NCBI GenBank assembly: GCA_038890875.1
Contig: JAWAFA010000002.1
Span: 35,356 to 99,355 of the forward strand
Origin: Candidatus Pacearchaeota archaeon
Lineage (GTDB): Archaea > Nanobdellota > Nanobdellia > Pacearchaeales > JAPDKA01
DNA: 64,000 nt
Direction: 5' to 3'
How positions within the stretch are numbered: position 1 is the first letter of the stretch; every line of letters starts with the position of its first letter. Both the position numbers and the translations under genes were made by a program. The notes under the pieces are model-generated. The model did no database searches and was not told the origin of the DNA. It saw nothing but the letters and a program-made list of their open reading frames with translations. Of the stretch, positions 37,534-46,485 are shown piece after piece.

Positions 37534-38784
37534 ATGCTTGATCCAAAGTTGATAAGGCAGAATCCAAGAATTATAAAAGAGGTTCTAAGAAAAAGGTTCA
37601 TGGATACCTCACTAGTTGATGAATTCTTAAAAGTTGATAAATCTTTTTTGCAACTAAAAAAGAAAGTTGATGATTTAAGAAAAGAGAAAAATAAGATTAA
37701 TGCAGAAATAAGTAAGATAGGGAAGGATGAGAAGAAGGCAGCACTTATTAAGAAAAGTAAAGAAATTGAAAAAGAATTGCGTGAGATTGAAAAACAGCTT
37801 CTTGAAATTGAGCAAAAGCATAGTCAGTTACTTTATAGTTTTCCCAACTTGCTTTCTGATGAAGTTCCTATTGGTAACGAAAAAGCAAATAAGGTTATTA
37901 AGCAGAGTGGTAAAACAGAGAAGAAAGCTCCACATCATCAAGACATCTTGCCATCAAGCTTACTTGATACAGAAAAAGCAAGTGAGGTTAGCGGAGCTAG
38001 ATTTTTTTATTTGAAAGGCAAGCTTGCTGAGCTTAATTTGGCTTTGCAAAAGTTTGCCCTCGATAAAATTGTTGCTAAGGGGTATATGGCTATAATACCC
38101 CCTTATATGATAAAAAGAAGGCCATATGAAGGGGTTATTAGTTTTGAAACATTTGCTGATGCAATTTATAAAATTGAACAAGAAGATTTGTATTTAATAG
38201 CAACAAGTGAGCATAGTATAGCCGCTTTGCATATGAATGAAGTGTTAAATGAAAAAGACTTGCCATTAAAATATGTTGGTATAAGTCCTTGTTTTAGAAA
38301 AGAAGCAGGAGCGCATGGTAAAGATACTAAAGGAATCTTTAGAATTCATCAGTTCAACAAAGTCGAGCAGTTTATTTTCTGCAGACCTGAAGATAGTCAG
38401 AAATTACATGAAGAAATAATAGCTAATAGTGAAGAGATCATCAAAGCTTTAGAGATTCCTTATCGTCTTGTCCTCCTTTCAAGTGGAGAAACAGGAAAAA
38501 TTAGTGCAAAAACTTATGATATTGAAGCCTGGTTTCCTGGACAGCAAGCATATCGTGAAATTGTAAGTGGAAGTAATTGTCTTGATTTTCAGGCAAGAAG
38601 ATTAGGGATAAAGTATTATAAGAATGGAGAGCGGATTTTTGTACATACTCTAAATTGTACCGGTTTAGCTATCGAGCGGACATTGGCATGTCTTGTTGAA
38701 AATCACTATGATGCAAAAAGCAAAAGCATAAAAATTCCTAAAGCACTTTGGCCTTATACAGGCTTTAAAGAGATTAAGTTATAA
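37534..38784 (+). CDS. serS: Seryl-tRNA synthetase
   Basis: N-terminal coiled-coil arm plus class II core (FRKEAGAHGKDTKGIFRIHQF, GSNC). Confidence 0.93.
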   Translation: MLDPKLIRQNPRIIKEVLRKRFMDTSLVDEFLKVDKSFLQLKKKVDDLRKEKNKINAEISKIGKDEKKAALIKKSKEIEKELREIEKQLLEIEQKHSQLLYSFPNLLSDEVPIGNEKANKVIKQSGKTEKKAPHHQDILPSSLLDTEKASEVSGARFFYLKGKLAELNLALQKFALDKIVAKGYMAIIPPYMIKRRPYEGVISFETFADAIYKIEQEDLYLIATSEHSIAALHMNEVLNEKDLPLKYVGISPCFRKEAGAHGKDTKGIFRIHQFNKVEQFIFCRPEDSQKLHEEIIANSEEIIKALEIPYRLVLLSSGETGKISAKTYDIEAWFPGQQAYREIVSGSNCLDFQARRLGIKYYKNGERIFVHTLNCTGLAIERTLACLVENHYDAKSKSIKIPKALWPYTGFKEIKL

Positions 38785-38804
38785 ATTATATAACTTTTTC
38801 TAAA

Positions 38805-39347
38805 TTAACTTTTCTTCAACTTTCTAAAAAATTGCTTAAGATCATTTAACCACTCTTTTTGCAATTTTTTGAATCTCATGACAGCAGATGGGTGATAGGT
38901 AGAGAAAAAGAGAATTCCATTCTTTTCAAAAAATTTTCCTCGTACAGTTTTAAGTTCTTTAGAAAGTAAAGCTTTTGTTGCAATCTCACCAAGTAGCAAG
39001 ACAGCTTTTGGTTTTATGGTTTCAATTTGTGCTAGAGTATATGGTAAGCATGTAGCAATTTCATCTTGCCTTGGTTTTCGGTTGCGTAAAGGAAAACATT
39101 TGACAATTGAGGTGATAAAAAAATTATTTCGCTGTTTACCAAACTGTTCAAGAGTTGAAGTTAAGAATCTTCCTGCTCTGCCAACAAAAGGTCTTCCTGT
39201 AGCATCTTCTTTCTTTCCTGGAGCCTGACCTATTATCATTATTTCTGCTTTTGCATTACCTTCACCAGGTACTGCATGCTTGCGTGTTTTCCACAGCCTG
39301 CATTTCCTGCATTTAGAAATCTCTTTTGCCAGTTCTTCCAGTTTCAT
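38805..39347 (-). CDS. udg: Uracil-DNA glycosylase, family 4 (Fe-S type)
   Basis: CRKCRLW, GEGNAKAEIMIIGQAPG, YHPSA. The start is moved to the Met at 39347 because the track ORF N-terminus (to 39404) runs into tRNA-Tyr. Confidence 0.85.
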   Translation of the reverse strand: MKLEELAKEISKCRKCRLWKTRKHAVPGEGNAKAEIMIIGQAPGKKEDATGRPFVGRAGRFLTSTLEQFGKQRNNFFITSIVKCFPLRNRKPRQDEIATCLPYTLAQIETIKPKAVLLLGEIATKALLSKELKTVRGKFFEKNGILFFSTYHPSAVMRFKKLQKEWLNDLKQFFRKLKKS

Positions 39348-39357
39348 TTCAAAAAAG

Positions 39358-39507
39358 TCCCCGCGGCCGGACTCGAACCAGCAACCCCTCGGTATCTGCA
39401 TCATAACTTAAATGAGCACGAGCTGGACAGCTCTCATTGATGCTTAAGCTTGGCTTAAGCTGCTCAAGCTTCTACAGCCGAGTGCTCTACCGTTGAGCTA
39501 CGCGGGG
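39358..39507 (-). tRNA. tRNA-Tyr (GTA) with an intron of ~78 nt at the canonical 37/38 position
   Basis: Acceptor CCCCGCG/CGCGGGG with C1:G72 and discriminator A. D arm GCTC-AACGGTA-GAGC. Anticodon stem CTCGG/CCGAG interrupted after CTGTAG. T arm GCTGG-TTCGAGT-CCGGC. No encoded CCA. Confidence 0.85.
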
Positions 39508-39542
39508 ATAAAGAATAAAGTAAAAACAATATTTAAATTTTT

Positions 39543-40643
39543 TTAAGACAATTTTAATTCCATTAACTTATTATAAATCTCTTTTTTATTATAAAAAAGA
39601 ATGTCATGACAAAAATTTTCTAATTCCCATTGACATCTTTTACAATGATCAAATTGTGGAGATGCAATGAAAGGAACAAAACTTTTCCCGAAATCTCTGA
39701 TTAATGTTATTAAGTAATTTACATCAATATCGTCTCTACCTGTTGGTTTTTCACAAATTTCAAGATCTTTATTGCTGGCAAATAAGGGTAAGAAATATAA
39801 GATAATTGCTGGTTCTATAGAGCGCGGGACTTTTATGATTCCTTCGTCTCTTAAAGCATTGAAGGCAAGTTTATAAATTGTAAGTTGCACTGACAAATCT
39901 CTAGTTATATTACTTACAGGGTTTCCTGTTTTATAATCAATTATTGCAATTTTATCTTGATTTAATTCAACTTTGTCAAATACTCCCACAAATCTATAAG
40001 TAGTTCCTTTAAGATTGATTTTTACATCAAATTTATATTCAATAAGTAGATTAGTCCTCGGTTTATCTTTTTCTTTTTCATAAAATTTTTCCAAGATTTT
40101 TTTTCCATTATTAAAAATTATATACGGCTGTTCTTTATAGTCGAAGTATATATCTTCTGAATGCACTTGTCTGTACCATCTTGCTTTCCATCCAAGAATT
40201 TTACTTTTCTTTCTATTTTTGACTATCTCTTTCCCATCAATTAATTCTTCAAGAGTAGAAAGATTACCTCTATTAAAATCAGCAATTACGTTATGCATAG
40301 CTGCTCCAGCTTTAATGTTTACTGGAACTTTTCTTGGTTTAAGGTTCATTACATATTGTAAAAAATAAGCAAAGGGGCAGCCACGATAAGTTGTTAATTT
40401 TGATGCACTTATTTCACTAATTACATCCTTATTTTTAATTAAAGTAGGCTCCTTAAGTTCATCGAGTTTTGCATTTATTTTTTCACAGATTTCTTCTATG
40501 CTCTCTTTGCTTTTCTTTGCACCATCCACTTGTGTTTTATCTATTTTAATTCCCGATTCTTCAATCCTCTTTTGCTTTATTTCTTCAATTTTATATTGGG
40601 GAAGGCTATATTTCTCAATATTGAACAAATTTTTCCTCACCAT
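39543..40643 (-). CDS. PD-(D/E)XK nuclease of the Cas4/RecB-AddB type with Fe-S cluster cysteines
   Basis: N-terminal Cys (YRGCPFAYFLQY), IIDYKTG motif, C-terminal CKRCQWELENFC. Confidence 0.7.
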   Translation of the reverse strand: MVRKNLFNIEKYSLPQYKIEEIKQKRIEESGIKIDKTQVDGAKKSKESIEEICEKINAKLDELKEPTLIKNKDVISEISASKLTTYRGCPFAYFLQYVMNLKPRKVPVNIKAGAAMHNVIADFNRGNLSTLEELIDGKEIVKNRKKSKILGWKARWYRQVHSEDIYFDYKEQPYIIFNNGKKILEKFYEKEKDKPRTNLLIEYKFDVKINLKGTTYRFVGVFDKVELNQDKIAIIDYKTGNPVSNITRDLSVQLTIYKLAFNALRDEGIIKVPRSIEPAIILYFLPLFASNKDLEICEKPTGRDDIDVNYLITLIRDFGKSFVPFIASPQFDHCKRCQWELENFCHDILFYNKKEIYNKLMELKLS

Positions 40644-40651
40644 TATAAAAA

Positions 40652-40924
40652 TTATTTCAAATATTCTACCTTATCTTCAATTGTTCTTGATTTTTGTACT
40701 TCATTTAAGCTTTTATAACTTCCATCGTTTTGTTGTAAGTAAATAAATTTATCTCCTCGTTTTGTTGTTACAACTATATCAGGTCTGTTATCCCCATTTA
40801 TGTCATTAATATACACTGAATCAGGTTTAAAACTCCATTGTAAAAAGCTGAACCACATGATTGATACCCCTAAAAGAAAATATGTCGATATAAAGTATGA
40901 TCTTTCATTTTTTTCTTCTTTCAT
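40652..40924 (-). CDS. Small membrane-anchored protein with a single FG-GAP/VCBS-like repeat
   Basis: One TM helix, then DINGDNRPDIVVTTKRGDKFIYLQQNDGS. Confidence 0.45.
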   Translation of the reverse strand: MKEEKNERSYFISTYFLLGVSIMWFSFLQWSFKPDSVYINDINGDNRPDIVVTTKRGDKFIYLQQNDGSYKSLNEVQKSRTIEDKVEYLK

Positions 40925-41032
40925 CTTCCAATTCTAATTTTTAACTTCATTAGGTTATTTGATTATACTTTATAAATCTTACTATTTTTATCACTTAAAA
41001 AAGAATATAAAAGATTATGATAACAAACTCAA

Positions 41033-41106
41033 TGCGCCGGCCGGGATTCGAACCCAGGTTACGAGCTTGGCAAGCTCGTGTCATAGCCAGTCTAGACCAC
41101 CGGCGC
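41033..41106 (-). tRNA. tRNA-Gly (GCC)
   Basis: Cloverleaf: GCGCCGG acceptor, anticodon stem CGAGC/GCTCG with loop TTGCCAA, T arm CTGGG-TTCGAAT-CCCGG. Confidence 0.92.
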
Positions 41107-41162
41107 TTTAATAAAGGAAAGTGCTAAATTTTATAAAACTTATTATAAACTTACTTTTAAGC

Positions 41163-41354
41163 TTACTTTTGCTCTTTGTTTTCTTCGTAAGAAATTAAAC
41201 CTTGCCATAAATCTCCTCTTGTCTTAGCTTCTTCCATTCTATTTATAATTGTTCGAAACATTCTTTCACCCCACACTTTGTTCCCACAATCATCGCATAC
41301 ATCGACGGGACGTTCGTCATTTATTTGAGCATTGCAATAAACACACTTCTTCAT
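41163..41354 (-). CDS. Small zinc-ribbon protein
   Basis: MKKCVYCNAQINDERPVDVCDDCGNKVWGERMF. The Met at 41354 is preferred over the track start at 41399. Confidence 0.45.
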   Translation of the reverse strand: MKKCVYCNAQINDERPVDVCDDCGNKVWGERMFRTIINRMEEAKTRGDLWQGLISYEENKEQK

Positions 41355-41422
41355 TTTCACACTTTTTATCCTCTTTTTTATTTTTCGTTCTTCCTTCAAT
41401 CACCTTTTATTTAAAAATTTTA

Positions 41423-41495
41423 TGGCCCCGCCAGGATTCGAACCTGGGACCTTTCGCACGTCAAGCGAACGTCTTAACCACTAGACCACGGGGCC
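41423..41495 (-). tRNA. tRNA-Val (GAC)
   Basis: GGCCCCG acceptor, D arm GTCT-AGTGGTTA-AGAC, anticodon stem TTCGC/GCGAA with loop TTGACGT, T arm CCAGG-TTCGAAT-CCTGG. Confidence 0.92.
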
Positions 41496-41526
41496 TAAAA
41501 TAATTAAGTTATCACTTTTAAAAATT

Positions 41527-43083
41527 TTAATCCTTGTACAATTTTTTTCTTAGATCCGCAAATTCATGTTGCCCACCGAGAAGCAAAGTTGTGATAGGGG
41601 CTTCTTGCTTAACCAAATAAGAGATATTATTAAAAAGTTTCCTTATTTCCCATTGGGCATTTTCATCTTCTCTAGTTCGCGAAAGATGATAGAGTTGTCG
41701 CAAATTTGTTGCCAGCAAAACTCTTCTCTTATGTGCATTTGTTAAGCAATATTCAGCAGCTTTGCCATATTTTGAAAATTCATAATAGAGTTCACTTGAA
41801 GCATCGCAAACTTCTTTTAATTTTTTATCAAAACCAATTTCTTGAATATTTGGGGGGATAGTATAGCCAAGTTCAGGATTATAGTCCTGGGCGAGGAGAG
41901 TGTTCATTCGGTGTCGTTTTAACTGAGCAAAACAACTTGCGCTAACAATTGCTTCAAAAATTAATCCTGAGATTTCAAATTCTCTAGGCATTTTGTCATA
42001 TTCACTTAAGTATTTTAACCCTTCAAGAAAAAAATTTTTATCATCATTATTTTGGATTAATAAAATTGCTAATGCATAACATTCTACGATACTTAATTTG
42101 GAATTTCTATGGATTAATGCGGCAAGAATATTTACATCAAGATTACCATGGATAACACGAATAACGTTTCTATCAGGGCTTTTGTTTGTAAAAAGAGTTT
42201 CACAAGTTTCGACATTAATTTTTTTTAAATATTTTTTTATTGTTTTTTCAACCACTTCTTCCAAATTTTTTCGTGTAGACTTAAAATTATCTTCAACGAG
42301 TTTTTTGCCTTGAATCTGCTCAAATAATTCAGCATCAGTCAATTGAATTAATGAAGGTGCTATCTTAACTGTTTCTTCAAAAAGCTTTTTTGCAAATTCT
42401 CGCTGTTCATCGAGCTTGCCATATTTGTTCACTCTTATTGCATATTCTAAAGTTTGGCCAGTATAAGAACAACCAAGCTGTGTTTCTGTTGCCAAACTAA
42501 GGCTATATCTTGCATCCTCCTTAGCCGAATTTTCTAATTTTTTTAAAATTTTTTCTTTTTCGTTTTCACTCTTCATTTCTCCAATTTTTTTAGCGTATTT
42601 CTCCTTTAGATAATCAAACAGTTTTTTATTAGCTTCGAAATAAAAATTATTTTGTAAGGCAACTAGTTTTTCAAATTTTTCTAAATCTTCTTGTGAAAAT
42701 TCTTTTGGCCTTACATAATCGCCAGTTAAGGTAACATATCTTTGTGATTTTTCTGTATAGCCGGCGAGACGTCTTTCTTCAATAGCTTCAACAGCAAGTC
42801 TTGAAACTTTTTGGATATTAAAATTAAATATTGCATGATCAGCTATACTTTGATGTCCGATGCCAAGAATATTAGTGATCGACCTTCGCGCACTTTCAGT
42901 GTCATTAATTGAGTTTTCAAGCAATTCATCAACTGAAAGATTACTTCGTGAAATTCTGGCATAAGCAGCAGTTATTGTCTCAGGAGTTAATGCATTTTTT
43001 TCTGCGTCACTTAAACTTAAGCCTTGCTTTATTTTCTCGAGGAGCTTTAAAGGAACGTTAATCCCAACTAATTTAACTTCCAT
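41527..43083 (-). CDS. thyX: FAD-dependent thymidylate synthase ThyX, tandem-domain form
   Basis: First half: GHQSIADHAIFNF...VSRLAVEAIEERRLAGYTEKSQRY (degenerate RHR-S motif). Second half: LKRHRMNTLLAQ. 518 aa. Confidence 0.7.
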   Translation of the reverse strand: MEVKLVGINVPLKLLEKIKQGLSLSDAEKNALTPETITAAYARISRSNLSVDELLENSINDTESARRSITNILGIGHQSIADHAIFNFNIQKVSRLAVEAIEERRLAGYTEKSQRYVTLTGDYVRPKEFSQEDLEKFEKLVALQNNFYFEANKKLFDYLKEKYAKKIGEMKSENEKEKILKKLENSAKEDARYSLSLATETQLGCSYTGQTLEYAIRVNKYGKLDEQREFAKKLFEETVKIAPSLIQLTDAELFEQIQGKKLVEDNFKSTRKNLEEVVEKTIKKYLKKINVETCETLFTNKSPDRNVIRVIHGNLDVNILAALIHRNSKLSIVECYALAILLIQNNDDKNFFLEGLKYLSEYDKMPREFEISGLIFEAIVSASCFAQLKRHRMNTLLAQDYNPELGYTIPPNIQEIGFDKKLKEVCDASSELYYEFSKYGKAAEYCLTNAHKRRVLLATNLRQLYHLSRTREDENAQWEIRKLFNNISYLVKQEAPITTLLLGGQHEFADLRKKLYKD

Positions 43084-43205
43084 TCGTCAAAAAAATTTAG
43101 TAATAAATAAATCTTTGTAATTGAATACCAGTAATAAAATCAACTACATTTTTGTCTATTAATAAATTTTCAAAAAATTTTTATATTTTAGCTTTAAGAT
43201 TAAGT

Positions 43206-43460
43206 ATGATCTCAGACAAATTATTTACAATTGGTATCTCCCTTATAATTATAGGGATAATAATTGTATTTATCGCATCTCTAGGTAGTTTGTTTGGAAA
43301 AAAAACAAAAACTGAGGTAGGTTTTGGTGGGTTTATAGGCCCAATCCCTTTTGGAGTTTTTTCTAGCAAGCAAGCCTTCTGGATTTGGCTTGCTCTTTTC
43401 TTACTTTTTATATTTATCTTAATTATTTTTATTATTATTAACAAATTTATCTTCAAGTAA
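43206..43460 (+). CDS. Small membrane protein (DUF131/TIGR00304-like)
   Basis: Two TM helices flank GFGGFIGPIPFGVFSS. The ATG at 43206 is preferred over the TTG at 43152. Confidence 0.5.
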   Translation: MISDKLFTIGISLIIIGIIIVFIASLGSLFGKKTKTEVGFGGFIGPIPFGVFSSKQAFWIWLALFLLFIFILIIFIIINKFIFK

Positions 43461-43461
43461 C

Positions 43462-45267
43462 ATGTGTGGCATAGTGGGCTATGTAGGCAAAGAAATTGAG
43501 GTCAGCAAGGTAGCAATTAAAGCTTTGAAAAGACTGGAGTATAGAGGTTATGATAGTGCTGGGATTGCGTTTAAAAAAAGTAATATTGTGGAGATAAGAA
43601 AAAATAAAGGGAAAATAGATTCTATTAAAGAACTTATCTTCAACCATAGAGAGAGCTCATTCATTGCCCATACGAGATGGGCGACGCACGGAGCTCCAAA
43701 TCAGATCAATGCGCATCCTCATGCCGATTGTAAAAATACTTTAGCTATAGTCCACAATGGTATTATAGAAAATTATTCATCGCTTAAAGAAATATTAATC
43801 AAAGAGGGACACAAATTTAAAAGTGAAACAGATAGCGAGGTTATTGCTCACTTAATAGAAAAATTTTATGAAGGCGATTTTATTGAAGCATTCAAAAAAA
43901 CATTAATGCTTCTCGAAGGAGCTTATGCAATAGTTGCGTTACACAGAGATCATGATTTTTTATTAGCTACAAGAAAAGGAAGCCCTCTTGTTATTGGTAT
44001 AAAAGATAAAGAAAAATTTGTTGCTTCTGATGTTGCCGCTTTTTTAGAGTATACAAAAAAAGTCATCTATCTTGAAGATAATGAAATTGCTTTATTAGCG
44101 AAAGATAAAGTAAAAGTTTTTCATAAAGACAAAGCAATTACAAAAGAAATACAACAAGTTGAGTGGAATCTTGAGCAATTAGAAAAAAAAGGCTACAAAC
44201 ATTTTATGTTAAAAGAGATAATGGAACAGCCGGAAGCAGTTGAAAACACATTAAGGGGTAGGCTAAAGAAAAGGATAAAGATAAGTGTGAATGTTCCAGA
44301 AAAAATTAATAAAATTATTATTATTGGTTGCGGTACAAGCTGGCATGCTGCTCTGGTTGGTAAGTATATTATAGAAAGTTTAACTAGAATTCCTGTTGAG
44401 GTAGACTATGCTTCTGAATTTCGGTATAGAAATCCTATAATAAATAAAGATGATCTCCTTGTTGTTATAAGTCAATCAGGTGAAACTATAGACAGTCTAT
44501 TTGCATTAAAGCTTGCCAAAGAAAAAGGAGCTAAAACTTTAGGCATAGTTAATGTTGTAGGTTCTACTATAGCAAGAGAAGTTGATTCAGGAATTTACTT
44601 GCATGCTGGTCCTGAAATTGGGGTTGCATCAACAAAAGCATTTACATGCCAAATTGCGGCATTAACATTGCTTGCACTTTATCTTAATGAAAAAATTAAC
44701 AAAGTTGATTGGAAAATTGATTGGAAAATAAAAAGCTTTAAACAAGAGCTTAAAAAAATCCCTGAAAAAATTGAAGAAATACTTAAAAATCATAAGAAAA
44801 TTAAAAAAATTGCAGAAAAATTTAAAGATGCAAAAAACTTTTTGTTTCTTGCTAGAGGGATTAATTTTCCAACAGCTTTAGAAGGAGCCTTAAAATTAAA
44901 AGAGATAAGCTATATACATGCTGAAGGTTATCCTGCTGGAGAAATGAAACATGGGCCTATTGCTTTAGTAGATGAGAATGTTCCTAGTATATTTATAGCA
45001 ATTAAAGGTAAAGATCACAAAAAAATTTTAAATAACATGCAAGAAATCAAGGCACGGAAAGGAAAAATTATAGCAATAGCCACTAAAAAAGATGATGAAA
45101 TAAAAAAGTTTGCTGATTATTTAATTTATATTCCTAAAACAATTGAAGAGCTATCACCAATGTTGACTGTTATTCCATTACAACTTCTTGCTTATTATAT
45201 AGCAGATTTAAAAGGGTGTGATGTTGATAAACCAAGAAACTTGGCTAAAAGTGTAACAGTTGAATAA
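43462..45267 (+). CDS. glmS: Glutamine--fructose-6-phosphate aminotransferase
   Basis: MCGIVGYVG N-terminal nucleophile, two SIS domains, C-terminal KSVTVE. Confidence 0.95.
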   Translation: MCGIVGYVGKEIEVSKVAIKALKRLEYRGYDSAGIAFKKSNIVEIRKNKGKIDSIKELIFNHRESSFIAHTRWATHGAPNQINAHPHADCKNTLAIVHNGIIENYSSLKEILIKEGHKFKSETDSEVIAHLIEKFYEGDFIEAFKKTLMLLEGAYAIVALHRDHDFLLATRKGSPLVIGIKDKEKFVASDVAAFLEYTKKVIYLEDNEIALLAKDKVKVFHKDKAITKEIQQVEWNLEQLEKKGYKHFMLKEIMEQPEAVENTLRGRLKKRIKISVNVPEKINKIIIIGCGTSWHAALVGKYIIESLTRIPVEVDYASEFRYRNPIINKDDLLVVISQSGETIDSLFALKLAKEKGAKTLGIVNVVGSTIAREVDSGIYLHAGPEIGVASTKAFTCQIAALTLLALYLNEKINKVDWKIDWKIKSFKQELKKIPEKIEEILKNHKKIKKIAEKFKDAKNFLFLARGINFPTALEGALKLKEISYIHAEGYPAGEMKHGPIALVDENVPSIFIAIKGKDHKKILNNMQEIKARKGKIIAIATKKDDEIKKFADYLIYIPKTIEELSPMLTVIPLQLLAYYIADLKGCDVDKPRNLAKSVTVE

Positions 45268-45279
45268 TCAATCGAGTAA

Positions 45280-46485
45280 TTAATTGAGCCATTTTCTTTT
45301 TAATTTTAAAAATTTTCCTTCTAAAATTGATTGTCTTATTTCATCAAGAAGATATTTAAAATAGTGGACATTATGATAACTAAGCAATGTATAAGCTAAA
45401 AGTTCTTTATTAATAAATAAAAACCTGATGTAAGCTCGAGAAAAGTTCTTACAAACATAACAATTGCAATGCTTATCCAGAGGAGAATTATCATATTTAA
45501 AGGTTGCTGCCTTAATGTTAGCCCGAAATTTATTACTTTGCTTTCCTCCACTTTCCGGCCTAATAAAGAAATATCCAACTCTTGCAAGCCTAGTTGGAGT
45601 TACACAATCAAACATATCAATTCCTTGCTCAATACAAAAGAATAAATCTTCAATTGTGCCGATACCAAGCATATGCAATGGTTTTTCTCTATCGAGATAT
45701 TTTAAAGTGTATTTTGTCAGTTCTTGCATTTCATTTTTGTTTCTTCCAAGAAAGCCACCGATACCTATACCATCAAAATCATGTGCTGAGACAAATTCTG
45801 CTGATTCACGTCGTAGATCTTTAAAAATTCCTCCCTGGATAATACCAAAAAGTGCATTTTTACTCTTTTTTGCTTCAAGACATCGAAGTGCCCACCTATG
45901 TGTTCTTAAGAGGGATAGTTTTGTATAGGCATAATTATTAAAGACAGATGTGCACTCATCAAAAACAAACATGATATCAGAACCAAGTTTTTCTTGTATG
46001 TTTATACTTTTTTCAGGGGTAAATCTATGAATCGAACCATCAATGTAAGACTTAAATGTCACACCTTTATCATCGACATAAGCAAATTTTTCTTTTGGCT
46101 TTAAATTTTTTCTTATTTTTTCCACTATATCAGCATCATCATTAAAATAACCTATTTTATTTATTCCATGTTCAATGTAAAAGCCAAGACTAAAAACCTG
46201 GAAACCGCCGGAATCTGTGATAATTGGTTTTTTCCATCCAATAAATTTATGTAAACCTCCTTGTTTAGCTATATAATCAATGTTACCTTTCAAATATAAA
46301 TGAAAAGCATTGCTAAGAATTGCTTCAACTCCGATTTCTTCAAGCTGTGCTGGGGTCAGAGCTTTAACACTCCCAGCAGTTGCTATTGGAAATAAAATTG
46401 GAGTTTTAAAAATTCCATGATTTGTTTTTATTCTCCCAATTCTTGCTTCTGTTTTCCCATCCTCAGCTAAAATTTCAAATTTCAT
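45280..46485 (-). CDS. tgt: tRNA-guanine transglycosylase, catalytic domain only (bacterial/eukaryal-looking)
   Basis: MKFEILAEDGKTEARIG...TPILFPIAT...ITDSGGFQVFSLG, LFGIIQGG, Zn site CNCYVCKNFSRAYIRFL...HN. There are no C-terminal PUA-type domains. Confidence 0.85.
   Translation of the reverse strand: MKFEILAEDGKTEARIGRIKTNHGIFKTPILFPIATAGSVKALTPAQLEEIGVEAILSNAFHLYLKGNIDYIAKQGGLHKFIGWKKPIITDSGGFQVFSLGFYIEHGINKIGYFNDDADIVEKIRKNLKPKEKFAYVDDKGVTFKSYIDGSIHRFTPEKSINIQEKLGSDIMFVFDECTSVFNNYAYTKLSLLRTHRWALRCLEAKKSKNALFGIIQGGIFKDLRRESAEFVSAHDFDGIGIGGFLGRNKNEMQELTKYTLKYLDREKPLHMLGIGTIEDLFFCIEQGIDMFDCVTPTRLARVGYFFIRPESGGKQSNKFRANIKAATFKYDNSPLDKHCNCYVCKNFSRAYIRFLFINKELLAYTLLSYHNVHYFKYLLDEIRQSILEGKFLKLKRKWLN

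Noticed and set aside
39348-39404. N-terminal 19 codons of the track ORF for the UDG gene (MMQIPRGCWFESGRGDFFE).
   Set aside because: These codons are the reverse-strand reading of the tRNA-Tyr 3' half. The real start is the Met at 39347.
39389-39470. C/D-box guide RNA inside the tRNA-Tyr intron.
   Set aside because: Only one near-match to a C box (AUGAUGC) is present, and it sits at the wrong (3') end. No CUGA D box is present.
41249-41503. Plus-strand 84-aa ORF.
   Set aside because: It lies antisense to the small zinc-ribbon gene and reads through tRNA-Val, so it is spurious.
44706-44729. 12-nt tandem duplication (gattggaaaatt/gattggaaaata) inside glmS, encoding DWKIDWKI.
   Set aside because: It is in-frame, sits in a variable surface or linker region between the SIS domains, and is probably a neutral slippage duplication.
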